DNA of 64,000 nucleotides, taken from positions 251,162,001-251,226,000 of the forward strand of contig OZ024740.1 in the NCBI GenBank assembly GCA_964016885.1. The letters are read 5' to 3'. Of the stretch, positions 15,001-27,465 are shown piece by piece (position 1 is the stretch's first letter; each line of letters starts with the position of its first letter). This DNA comes from Eledone cirrhosa. Taxonomy: Eukaryota. The position numbers and the translations under genes are program-made. The notes below the pieces were generated by a model that saw only the letters and a list, made by a program, of their open reading frames with translations, searched no databases and was not told where the DNA came from.

Positions 15001-18000
15001 AAACCTAAAATAATCAATTTTTTTCTACTTTTCGAAATATTTAAAAAATTGATTTTTTTGATCAAAAACCTGAAATATTCTATTTTTCGAAAAACCTAAA
15101 ATAATCAATTTTTTTCTATTTTTCGAAATATTTAAAAAATTGATTTTTTTGATCAAAAACCTAAAATATTCTATTTTTCGAAAAACCTAAAATGATCAAT
15201 TTTTTTCTACTTTTCGAAATATTTAAAAAATTGATTTTTTTGATCAAAAACCTAAAATATTCACTTTTTCGAAAAACCTAAAATAATCAATTTTTTTCTA
15301 CTTTTCGAAATAATTCGAAAAACCTAATATAATCAATTTTTTTCTACTTTTCGAAATAATTCGAAAAACCTAAAATAATCAATTTTTTTCTACTTTTCGA
15401 AATATTTAAAAAATTGATTTTTTTGATCAAAAACCTAAAATATTCTATTTTTCGAAAAACCTAAAATAATCAATTTTTTTCTACTTTTCGAAATATTTCG
15501 AAATACCTAAAATAATCAATTTTTTTCTACTTTTCGAAATATTTAAAAAATTGATTTTTTTGATCAAAAACCTAAAATATACTATTTTTAGAAAAACCTA
15601 AAATAATCAATTTTTTTCTACTTTTCGAAATATTTCAAAAATTGATTTTTTTGATCAAAAACCTAAAATATTCTATTTATCGAAAAACCTAAAATAATCA
15701 ATTTTTTTCTACTTTTCTAAATATTTAAAAAATTGATTTTTTTGATCAAAAACCTAAAATATTCTATTTTTTGAAAAACCTAAAATAATCAATTTTTTTC
15801 TACTTTTCGAAATACTTAAAAAATTGATTTTTTTTATCAAAAACCTAAAATATTCTATTTTTTGAAAAACCTAAAATAATCAATTTTTTTCTACTTTTCG
15901 AAATATTTCAAAAATTGATTTTTTTGATCAAAAACCTAAAATATTTTATTTTTCGAAAAACCTAAAATAATCAATTTTTTTCTACTTTTCGAAATATTTC
16001 GAAAAACCTAAAATAATCAATTTTTTTCTACTTTTCGAAATATTTAAAAAATTGATTTTTTTGATCAAAAACCTAAAATATTCTATTTTTCAAAAAACCT
16101 AAAATAATCAATTTTTTTCTACTTTTCGAAATACTTAAAAAATTGATTTTTTTTATCAAAAACCTAAAATATTCTATTTTTTGAAAAACCTAAAATAATC
16201 AATTTTTTTCTACTTTTCGAAATATTTCAAAAATTGATTTTTTTGATCAAAAACCTAAAATATTATCGAAATATTATCAAAAACCTAAAATATATCGAAA
16301 AACCTAAAATAATCAATTTTTTTCTATTTTTCGAAATATTTCGAAAAACCTAAAATAATCAATTTTTTTCTACTTTTCGAAATATTTAAAAAATTGTTTT
16401 TTTTGATCAAAAACCTAAAATATTTTATTTTTCGAAAAACCTAAAATAATCATTTTTTTCTACTTTTCGAAATATTTCAAAAATTTATTTTTTTGATTAA
16501 AAACCTAAAATATTTTATTTTTCGAAAAACCTAAAATAATCAATTTTTTTCTACTTTTCGAAATATTTCGAAAAACCTAAAATAATCAATTTTTTTCTAC
16601 TTTTCGAAATATTTAAAAAATTGATTTTTTTGATCAAAAACCTAAAATATTCTATTTTTCAAAAAACCTAAAATAATCAATTTTTTTCTACTTTTCGAAA
16701 TACTTAAAAAATTGATTTTTTTTATCAAAAACCTAAAATATTCTATTTTTTGAAAAACCTAAAATAATCAATTTTTTTCTACTTTTCGAAATATTTTAAA
16801 AATTGATTTTTTTGATCAAAAACCTAAAATATTTTATTTTTCGAAAAACCTAAAATAATCATTTTTTTCTACTTTTCGAAATATTTCAAAAATTTATTTT
16901 TTTGATTAAAAACCTAAAATATTTTATTTTTCGAAAAACCTAAAATAATCAATTTTTTTCTACTTTTCGAAATATTTAAAAAATTGATTTTTTTGATCAA
17001 AAACCTAAAATATTCTATTTTTCGAAAAACCTAAAATAATCAATTTTTTTCTACTTTTCGAAATAATTCGAAAAACCTAAAATAATCAATTTTTTTCTAC
17101 TTTTCGAAATATTTCGAAAAACCTAAAATAATCAATTTTTTTCTACTTTTCGAAATATTTAAAATATTGATTTTTTTGATCAAAAACCTAAAATATTCTA
17201 TTTTTCGAAAAACCTAAAATAATCAATTTTTTTCTACTTTTCGAAATATTTCGAAAAACCTAAAATAATCAATTTTTTTCTACTTTTCGAAATATTTAAA
17301 AAATTGATTTTTTTGATCAAAAACCTAAAATATTCTACTTTTCGAAAAACCTAAAATAATCAATTTTTTTCTACTTTTAGAAATATTTAAAAAATTGATT
17401 TTTCTGATCAAAAACCTAAAATATTCTATTTATCGAAAAACCTAAAATAATCAATTTTTTTCTATTTTTCGAAATATTTCGAAAAACCTAAAATAATCAA
17501 TTTTTTTCTACTTTTCGAAATATTTCAAAAATTTATTTTTTTGATTAAAAACCTAAAATATTTTATTTTTCGAAAAACCTAAAATAATCAATTTTTTTCT
17601 ACTTTTCGAAATATTTCGAAAAACCTAAAATAATCAATTTTTTTCTACTTTTCGAAATATTTAAAAAATTGATTTTTTTGATCAAAAACCTAAAATATTC
17701 TATTTTTCAAAAAACCTAAAATAATCAATTTTTTTCTACTTTTCGAAATACTTAAAAAATTGATTTTTTTTATCAAAAACCTAAAATATTCTATTTTTTG
17801 AAAAACCTAAAATAATCAATTTTTTTCTACTTTTCGAAATATTTTAAAAATTGATTTTTTTGATCAAAAGCCTAAAATATTTTATTTTTCGAAAAACCTA
17901 AAATAATCAATTTTTTTCCAATTTTCGAAATATTCAAAAAATTGATTTTTTTGATCAAAAACCTAAAATATTCTATTTTTCGAAAGACCTAAAATAATCA

Positions 18001-21000
18001 ATTTTTTTCTACTTTTCGAAATATTTTGAAAAACCTAAAATAATCAATTTTTTTCTACTTTTCGAAATACTTAAAAAATTGATTTTTTTTATCAAAAACC
18101 TAAAATATTCTATTTTACGAAAAACCTAAAATAATCAATTTTTTTCTACTTTTCGAAATATTTAAAAAATTGATTTTTTTGATCAAAAACCTAAAATATT
18201 TTATTTTTCGAAAAACCTAAAATAATCAATTTTTTTCTACTTTTCGAAATATTTAAAAAATTGATTTTTTTGATCAAAAACCTAAAATATTCTATTTTTC
18301 GAAAAACCTAAAATAATCAATTTTTTTCTACTTCTCGAAATAATTCGAAAAACCTAAAATAATCAATTTTTTTCTACTTTTAGAAATATTTAAAAAATTG
18401 ATCTTTTTGATTAAAAACCTAAAATATTCTATTTTTCGAAAAACCTAAAATAATCAGTTTTTTTCTACTTTTCGAAATATTTCGAAAAACCTAAAATAAT
18501 CAATTTTTTTCTACTTTTCGAAATATTTAAAAAAATTGATTTTTTTGATCTAAAATAATCAATTTTTTTGACCTAAAATAATCAATTTTTTTCTACTTTT
18601 CGAAATATTTAAAAAATTGATTTTTTTGATCAAAAACCTAAAATATTCACTTTTTCGAAAAACCTAAAATAATCAATTTTTTTCTACTTTTCGAAATAAT
18701 TCGAAAAACCTAATATAATCAATTTTTTTCTACTTTTCGAAATAATTCGAAAAACCTAAAATAATCAATTTTTTTCTACTTTTCGAAATATTTAAAAAAT
18801 TGATTTTTTTGATCAAAAACCTGAAATATTCTATTTTTCGAAAAACCTAAAATAATCAATTTTTTTCTATTTTTCGAAATATTTAAAAAATTGATTTTTT
18901 TGATCAAAAACCTAAAATATTCTATTTTTCGAAAAACCTAAAATGATCAATTTTTTTCTACTTTTCGAAATATTTAAAAAATTGATTTTTTTGATCAAAA
19001 ACCTAAAATATTCACTTTTTCGAAAAACCTAAAATAATCAATTTTTTTCTACTTTTCGAAATAATTCGAAAAACCTAAAATAATCAATTTTTTTCTACTT
19101 TTCGAAATACTTAAAAAATTGATTTTTTTTATCAAAAACCTAAAATATTCTATTTTTTGAAAAACCTAAAATAATCAATTTTTTTCTACTTTTCGAAATA
19201 TTTCGAAAAACCTAAAATAATCAATTTTTTTCTACTTTTCGAAATATTTAAAATATTGATTTTTTTGATCAAAAACCTAAAATATTCTATTTTTCGAAAA
19301 ACCTAAAATAATCAATTTTTTTCTACTTTTCGAAATATTTCGAAAAACCTAAAATAATCAATTTTTTTCTACTTTTCGAAATATTTAAAAAATTGATTTT
19401 TTTGATCAAAAACCTAAAATATTCTACTTTTCGAAAAACCTAAAATAATCAATTTTTTTCTACTTTTAGAAATATTTAAAAAATTGATTTTTCTGATCAA
19501 AAACCTAAAATATTCTATTTATCGAAAAACCTAAAATAATCAATTTTTTTCTATTTTTCGAAATATTTCGAAAAACCTAAAATAATCAATTTTTTTCTAC
19601 TTTTCGAAATATTTCAAAAATTTATTTTTTTGATTAAAAACCTAAAATATTTTATTTTTCGAAAAACCTAAAATAATCAATTTTTTTCTACTTTTCGAAA
19701 TATTTCGAAAAACCTAAAATAATCAATTTTTTTCTACTTTTCGAAATATTTAAAAAATTGATTTTTTTGATCAAAAACCTAAAATATTCTATTTTTCAAA
19801 AAACCTAAAATAATCAATTTTTTTCTACTTTTCGAAATACTTAAAAAATTGATTTTTTTTATCAAAAACCTAAAATATTCTATTTTTTGAAAAACCTAAA
19901 ATAATCAATTTTTTTCTACTTTTCGAAATATTTTAAAAATTGATTTTTTTGATCAAAAGCCTAAAATATTTTATTTTTCGAAAAACCTAAAATAATCAAT
20001 TTTTTTCCAATTTTCGAAATATTCAAAAAATTGATTTTTTTGATCAAAAACCTAAAATATTCTATTTTTCGAAAGACCTAAAATAATCAATTTTTTTCTA
20101 CTTTTCGAAATATTTTGAAAAACCTAAAATAATCAATTTTTTTCTACTTTTCGAAATACTTAAAAAATTGATTTTTTTTATCAAAAACCTAAAATATTCT
20201 ATTTTACGAAAAACCTAAAATAATCAATTTTTTTCTACTTTTCGAAATATTTAAAAAATTGATTTTTTTGATCAAAAACCTAAAATATTTTATTTTTCGA
20301 AAAACCTAAAATAATCAATTTTTTTCTACTTTTCGAAATATTTAAAAAATTGATTTTTTTGATCAAAAACCTAAAATATTCTATTTTTCGAAAAACCTAA
20401 AATAATCAATTTTTTTCTACTTCTCGAAATAATTCGAAAAACCTAAAATAATCAATTTTTTTCTACTTTTAGAAATATTTAAAAAATTGATCTTTTTGAT
20501 TAAAAACCTAAAATATTCTATTTTTCGAAAAACCTAAAATAATCAGTTTTTTTCTACTTTTCGAAATATTTCGAAAAACCTAAAATAATCAATTTTTTTC
20601 TACTTTTCGAAATATTTAAAAAAATTGATTTTTTTGATCTAAAATAATCAATTTTTTTGACCTAAAATAATCAATTTTTTTCTACTTTTCGAAATATTTA
20701 AAAAATTGATTTTTTTGATCAAAAACCTAAAATATTCACTTTTTCGAAAAACCTAAAATAATCAATTTTTTTCTACTTTTCGAAATAATTCGAAAAACCT
20801 AATATAATCAATTTTTTTCTACTTTTCGAAATAATTCGAAAAACCTAAAATAATCAATTTTTTTCTACTTTTCGAAATATTTAAAAAATTGATTTTTTTG
20901 ATCAAAAACCTGAAATATTCTATTTTTCGAAAAACCTAAAATAATCAATTTTTTTCTATTTTTCGAAATATTTAAAAAATTGATTTTTTTGATCAAAAAC

Positions 21001-24000
21001 CTAAAATATTCTATTTTTCGAAAAACCTAAAATGATCAATTTTTTTCTACTTTTCGAAATATTTAAAAAATTGATTTTTTTGATCAAAAACCTAAAATAT
21101 TCACTTTTTCGAAAAACCTAAAATAATCAATTTTTTTCTACTTTTCGAAATAATTCGAAAAACCTAATATAATCAATTTTTTTCTACTTTTCGAAATAAT
21201 TCGAAAAACCTAAAATAATCAATTTTTTTCTACTTTTCGAAATATTTAAAAAATTGATTTTTTTGATCAAAAACCTAAAATATTCTATTTTTCGAAAAAC
21301 CTAAAATAATCAATTTTTTTCTACTTTTCGAAATATTTCGAAAAACCTAAAATAATCAATTTTTTTCTACTTTTCGAAATATTTAAAAAATTGATTTTTT
21401 TGATCAAAAACCTAAAATATACTATTTTTAGAAAAACCTAAAATAATCAATTTTTTTCTACTTTTCGAAATATTTCAAAAATTGATTTTTTTGATCAAAA
21501 ACCTAAAATATTCTATTTTTCGAAAAACCTAAAATAATCAATTTTTTTCTACTTTTAGAAATACTTAAAAAATTGATTTTTTTTATCAAAAACCTAAAAT
21601 ATTCTATTTTTTGAAAAACCTAAAATAATCAATTTTTTTCTACTTTTCGAAATACTTAAAAAATTGATTTTTTTTATCAAAAACCTAAAATATTCTATTT
21701 TTTGAAAAACCTAAAATAATCAATTTTTTTCTACTTTTCGAAATATTTCAAAAATTGATTTTTTTGATCAAAAACCTAAAATATTTTATTTTTCGAAAAA
21801 CCTAAAATAATCAATTTTTTTCTACTTTTCGAAATATTTCGAAAAACCTAAAATAATCAATTTTTTTCTACTTTTCGAAATATTTAAAAAATTGATTTTT
21901 TTGATCAAAAACCTAAAATATTCTATTTTTTGAAAAACCTAAAATAATCAATTTTTTTCTACTTTTAGAAATATTTCAAAAATTTATTTTTTTGATTAAA
22001 AACCTAAAATATTTTATTTTTCGAAAAACCTAAAATAATCAATTTTTTTCTATTTTTCGAAATATTTAAAAAATTGATTTTTTTGATCAAAAACCTAAAA
22101 TATTCTATTTATCAAAAAACCTAAAATAATCAATTTTTCTCTACTTTTCGAAATATTTCGAAAAACCTAAAATAATCAATTTTTTTCTACTTTTCGAAAT
22201 ATTTAAAAAATTGATTTTTTTGATCAAAAAATATTCTATTTTTCGAAAAACCTAAAATAATTAATTTTTTTCTACTTTTAGAAATATTTCAAAAATTTAT
22301 TTTTTTGATTAAAAACCTAAAATATTTTATTTTTCGAAAAACCTAAAATAATCAATTTTTTTCTATTTTTCGAAATATTTAAAAAATTGATTTTTTTGAT
22401 CAAAAACCTAAAATATTCTATTTTTCGAAAAACCTAAAATAATCAATTTTTTTCTACTTTTCGAAATATTTCGAAAAACCTAAAATAATCAATTTTTTTC
22501 TACTTTTCGAAATACTTAAAAAATTGATTTTTTTTATCAAAAACCTAAAATATTCTATTTTTTGAAAAACCTAAAATAATCAATTTTTTTCTACTTTTCG
22601 AAATATTTAAAAAATTGATTTTTTTTATCAAAAACCTAAAATATTCTATTTTTTGAAAAACCTAAAATAATCAATTTTTTTCTACTTTTCGAAATATTTC
22701 AAAAATTGATTTTTTTGATCAAAAACCTAAAATATACTATTTTTAGAAAAACCTAAAATAATCAATTTTTTTCTACTTTTCGAAATATTTCGAAAAACCT
22801 AAAATAATCAATTTTTTTCTACTTTTCGAAATATTTAAAAAATTGATTTTTTTGATCAAAAACCTAAAATATTTTATTTTTCGAAAAACCTAAAATAATC
22901 AATTTTTTTCTACTTTTCGAAATATTTCAAAAATTTATTTTTTTGATTAAAAACCTAAAATATTTTATTTTTCGAAAAACCTAAAATAATCAATTTTTTT
23001 CTATTTTCCGAAATATTTAAAAAATTGATTTTTTTGATCAAAAACCTAAAATATTCTATTTTTCGAAAAACCAATTTTTTTCTACTTTTCGAAATATTTC
23101 GAAAAACCTAAAATAATCAATTTTTTTCTACTTTTCGAAATATTTAAAAAATTGATTTTTTTGATCAAAAACCTAAAATATTCTACTTTTCAAAAAACCT
23201 AAAATAATCAATTTTTTTCTACTTTTAGAAATATTTAAAAAATTGATTTTTCTGATCAAAAACCTAAAATATTCTATTTATCGAAAAACCTAAAATAATC
23301 AATTTTTTTCTACTTTTCGAAATATTTCGAAAAACCTAAAATAATCAATTTTTTTCTACTTTTCGAAATATTTAAAAAATTGTTTTTTTTGATCAAAAAC
23401 CTAAAATATTTTATTTTTCGAAAAACCTAAAATAATCAATTTTTTTCTACTTTTCGAAATATTTCAAAAATTTATTTTTTTGATTAAAAACCTAAAATAT
23501 TTTATTTTTCGAAAAACCTAAAATAATCAATTTTTTTCTACTTTTCGAAATATTTCGAAAAACCTAAAATAATCAATTTTTTTCTACTTTTCGAAATATT
23601 TAAAAAATTGATTTTTTTGATCAAAAACCTAAAATATTCTATTTTTCAAAAAACCTAAAATAATCAATTTTTTTCTACTTTTCGAAATACTTAAAAAATT
23701 GATTTTTTTTATCAAAAACCTAAAATATTCTATTTTTTGAAAAACCTAAAATAATCAATTTTTTTCTACTTTTCGAAATATTTAAAAAATTGATTTTTTT
23801 GATCAAAAACCTAAAATATTTTATTTTTCGAAAAACCTAAAATAATCAATTTTTTTCTACTTTTCGAAATATTTAAAAAATTGATTTTTTTGATCAAAAA
23901 CCTAAAATATTCTATTTTTCGAAAAACCTAAAATAATCAATTTTTTTCTACTTTTCGAAATAATTCGAAAAACCTAAAATAATCAATTTTTTTCTACTTT

Positions 24001-26190
24001 TAGAAATATTTAAAAAATTGATCTTTTTGATTAAAAACCTAAAATATTCTATTTTTCGAAAAACCTAAAATAATCAGTTTTTTTCTACTTTTCGAAATAT
24101 TTCGAAAAACCTAAAATAATCAATTTTTTTCTACTTTTCGAAATATTTAAAAAATTGATTTTTTTGATCTAAAATAATCAATTTTTTTGACCTAAAATAA
24201 TCAATTTTTTTCTACTTTTCGAAATATTTAAAAAATTGATTTTTTTGATCAAAAACCTAAAATATTCACTTTTTCGAAAAACCTAAAATAATCAATTTTT
24301 TTCTACTTTTCGAAATAATTCGAAAAACCTAATATAATCAATTTTTTTCTACTTTTCGAAATAATTCGAAAAACCTAAAATAATCAATTTTTTTCTACTT
24401 TTCGAAATATTTAAAAAATTGATTTTTTTGATCAAAAACCTGAAATATTCTATTTTTCGAAAAACCTAAAATAATCAATTTTTTTCTACTTTTCGAAATA
24501 TTTCAAAAATTGATTTTTTTGATTAAAAACCTAAAATATTTTATTTTTCGAAAAACCTAAAATAATCAATTTTTTTCTATTTTTCGAAATATTTAAAAAA
24601 TTGATTTTTTTGATCAAAAACCTAAAATATTCTATTTTTCGAAAAACCTAAAATAATCAATTTTTTTCTACTTTTCGAAATATCTAAAAAATTGATTTTT
24701 TTGATCAAAAACCTAAAATATTCACTTTTTCGATAAACCTAAAATAATCAATTTTTTCTACTTTTCGAAACATTTAAAAAATTGATTTTTTTTATCAAAA
24801 ACCTAAAATATACTATTTTTCGAAAAACCTAAAATAATCAATTTTTTTCTACTTTTCGAAATATTTAAAAAATTGATTTTTTTGATCAAAAACCTAAAAT
24901 ATTCACTTTTTCGAAAAACCTAAAATAATCAATTTTTTTCTACTTTTCGAAATATTTCAAAAATTAATTTTTTTGATCAAAAACCTAAAATATACTATTT
25001 TTCGAAAAGCCTAAAATAATCAATTTTTTTCTACTTTTCGAAATATTTAAAAAATTGATTTTTTTGATCAAAAACCTAAAATATTCTATTTTTCGAAAAA
25101 CCTAAAATAATGAATTTTTTTCTACTTTTCGAAATATTTAAAAAATTGATTTTCTTTGATCAAAAACCTAAAATATTCACTTTTTCGAAAAACCTAAAAT
25201 AATCAATTTTTTTCTACTTTTCGAAATATTTCAAAAATTGATTTTTTTGATCAAAAACCTAAAATATTCTATTTTTCGAAAAACCTAAAATAATCAATTT
25301 TTTTCTACTTTTCGAAATATTTAAAAAATTGATTTTTTTGATCAAAAACCTAAAATATTCACTTTTTCGAAAAACCTAAAATAATCAATTTTTTTCTACT
25401 TTTCGAAATAATTCGAAAAACCTAATATAATCAATTTTTTTCTACTTTTCGAAATAATTCGAAAAACCTAAAATAATCAATTTTTTTCTACTTTTCGAAA
25501 TATTTAAAAAATTGATTTTTTTGATCAAAAACCTAAAATATTCTATTTTTCGAAAAACCTAAAATAATCAATTTTTTTCTACTTTTCGAAATAATTCGAA
25601 AAACCTAAAATAATCAATTTTTTTCTACTTTTCGAAATATTTAAAAAATTGATTTTTTTGATCAAAAACCTAAAATATTCTATTTTTCGAAAAACCTAAA
25701 ATAATCAATTTTTTTCTACTTTTCGAAATATTTCAAAAATTGATTTTTTTGATCAAAAACCTAAAATATTCTATTTTTTGAAAAACCTAAAATAATCAAT
25801 TTTTTTCTACTTTTCGAAATATTTCAAAAATTGATTTTTTTGATCAAAAACCTAAAATATTTTATTTTTCGAAAAACCTAAAATAATCAATTTTTTTCTA
25901 ATTTTCGAAATATTTAAAAAATTGATTTTTTTGATCAAAAACCTAAAATATTCAATTTTTCGAAAAACCTAAAATAATCAATTTTTTTCTACTTTTCGAA
26001 ATATTTAAAAAATTGATTTTTTTGATCAAAAACCTAAAATATTCTATTTTTCGAAAAACCTAAAATAATCAATTTTTTTCTACTTTTCGAAATATTTCAA
26101 AAATTGATTTTTTTGATCAAAAACCTAAAATATTCTATTTTTCGAAAAACCTGAAATAATCAATTTTTTTCTACTTTTCGAATTATTTCA
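1..26190. repeat. Satellite array 1: 91-bp AT-rich monomer with 46-bp extra subunit (91/137-bp spacings)
   Basis: GATC at 5 and 96 gives a 91-bp period. Consensus = 26-bp A (AAAAACCTAAAATATTCTATTTTTCG) + 65-bp B (AAAAACCTAAAATAATCAATTTTTTTCTACTTTTCGAAATATTTAAAAAATTGATTTTTTTGATC); 15/91 bases are G+C. A 46-bp truncated B ending AAATATTTCG is often inserted. One orientation throughout, roughly 250 monomers, runs off the left edge. Confidence 0.99.
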
Positions 26191-27465
26191 TTCAGGTTTG
26201 TGTCAGGCAAAAGTACCATAGACGCTCTTTTCATTGTACGACAACTACAGGAGAAGTACCTAGCTAAAAGTAAACCCCTGTACTTCGCCTTTGTCGACTT
26301 GGAGAAAGCCTTCGACAGAGTCCCCCGTTCCATTATCTGGTGGGCTCGTAGAAAACTAGGTGTTGACGAATGGCTTGTGAGAGCTATACAAGCCATGTAT
26401 AAAGAAACAGTGAGCAAGGTTAGAATTAACAACGAATATAGTAAAGAGTTTAGCGTAAAAGTTGGTGTCCATCCCCTACTATTTATTATTGCTCTTCATG
26501 CTATAACAGAGGAGTTCAAGACCGGCTGCCCATGGGAACTCCTATACGCAGATGACCTAACGCTCATAGCTGAATCAATGGCCGAGCTAGAGAAGAAATT
26601 CCAAACATGGAAGCAGGGCCTAGAATCCAAAGGCCTGGCTAAGACTAAAGTTCTAGTTTGTAGGAAAGAAAATAAGGCGCCGGTCCCTTCCGGGAAATGG
26701 CCATGCTCAGTGTGTAGGAAAGGCGTTGGTAGAAACTCCATTTTATGTCCCAAATGCAAAGTATGGGTGCATAAAAGATGTAGTGGGATCACAGGTAAGC
26801 TAACTAAGAACACAGATTTTACATGTGGCCGATGCCCTTGTGCAATAAGTAGCAGCAAGTGCCCACCAAATACTAGCTCTTTCAACTGCGCAGAGGGTTC
26901 TATAGAAATAGTGGACAGCTTCTGTTACCTGGGTGACAAAATCAGCAGTGCTCTGAAAGTACAGTAGCTAGAGTCAGAACTGGATGGAAAAAGTTCAGAG
27001 AGCTTATAACACTATTAGCCGCTAAAGGGTTCTCCCTAAAAATGAAAGGCAGGTTGTATGATGCCTGCATACGAACAGCAATGTTGCATGGCAGTGAGAC
27101 CTGGGCATTGTGTGCAGAGGATATACGCAGACTAGAGAGGAACGAAGCTTGCATGCTCCGCTGGATGTGTAATAGTAATATACGTGAACGAACTAAAGAA
27201 AAAATTAGAAATAAGAGGGATCAGATGTTGTTTACTCGAGAGAAGGCTACGTTGGTATGGTCACGTGATGCGCATGAAAGACGACAGCTGTATAACAAAG
27301 TGCAGGGCAATAAAGATAGACGGTAGCTTCGGAGTAGGCAGACCCAGAAAAACCTGGGATGAGCTGATAAATTCCGACCTCACACACTTACACCTCTCCA
27401 AGAAAATGTCACTGGAACGAGACCTTTGGCGGTACTCAGTAATAGAGAAAACCCGCCTTACCTAA
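26191..27465 (+). pseudogene. Disrupted RTE ORF2 (reverse transcriptase and C-terminus) spread over three frames
   Basis: ORFs 26200-26967, 27042-27326 (frame open from TGC at 26949: CSESTVARVRTGWKKFREL) and 27184-27465 join through frameshifts near 26950 and 27190. The conserved QGSxLS is missing between VGVH and PLLF (26472/26473), and xVN is missing between SKGL and AKTK (26637/26638). No endonuclease domain remains. Confidence 0.9.
26704..26835 (+). other. PHD-type (C4HC3) zinc finger coding segment inside the RTE RT
   Basis: CSVC-x10-CPKC-x4(KVWV)-H-x2-C-x14-CGRC: all eight ligands with PHD spacing and the W-x-H signature, in frame between AKTKVL and IEIVDSFCYLG. Confidence 0.85.

Noticed and set aside
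26704-26835. Host PHD-protein gene or captured exon
   Set aside because: In frame and flanked on both sides by RT motifs; part of the element's ORF2.
26160-27154. Minus-strand ORFs of 70-129 aa over the RT
   Set aside because: Antisense shadows of the LINE coding region, with no recognisable motifs.
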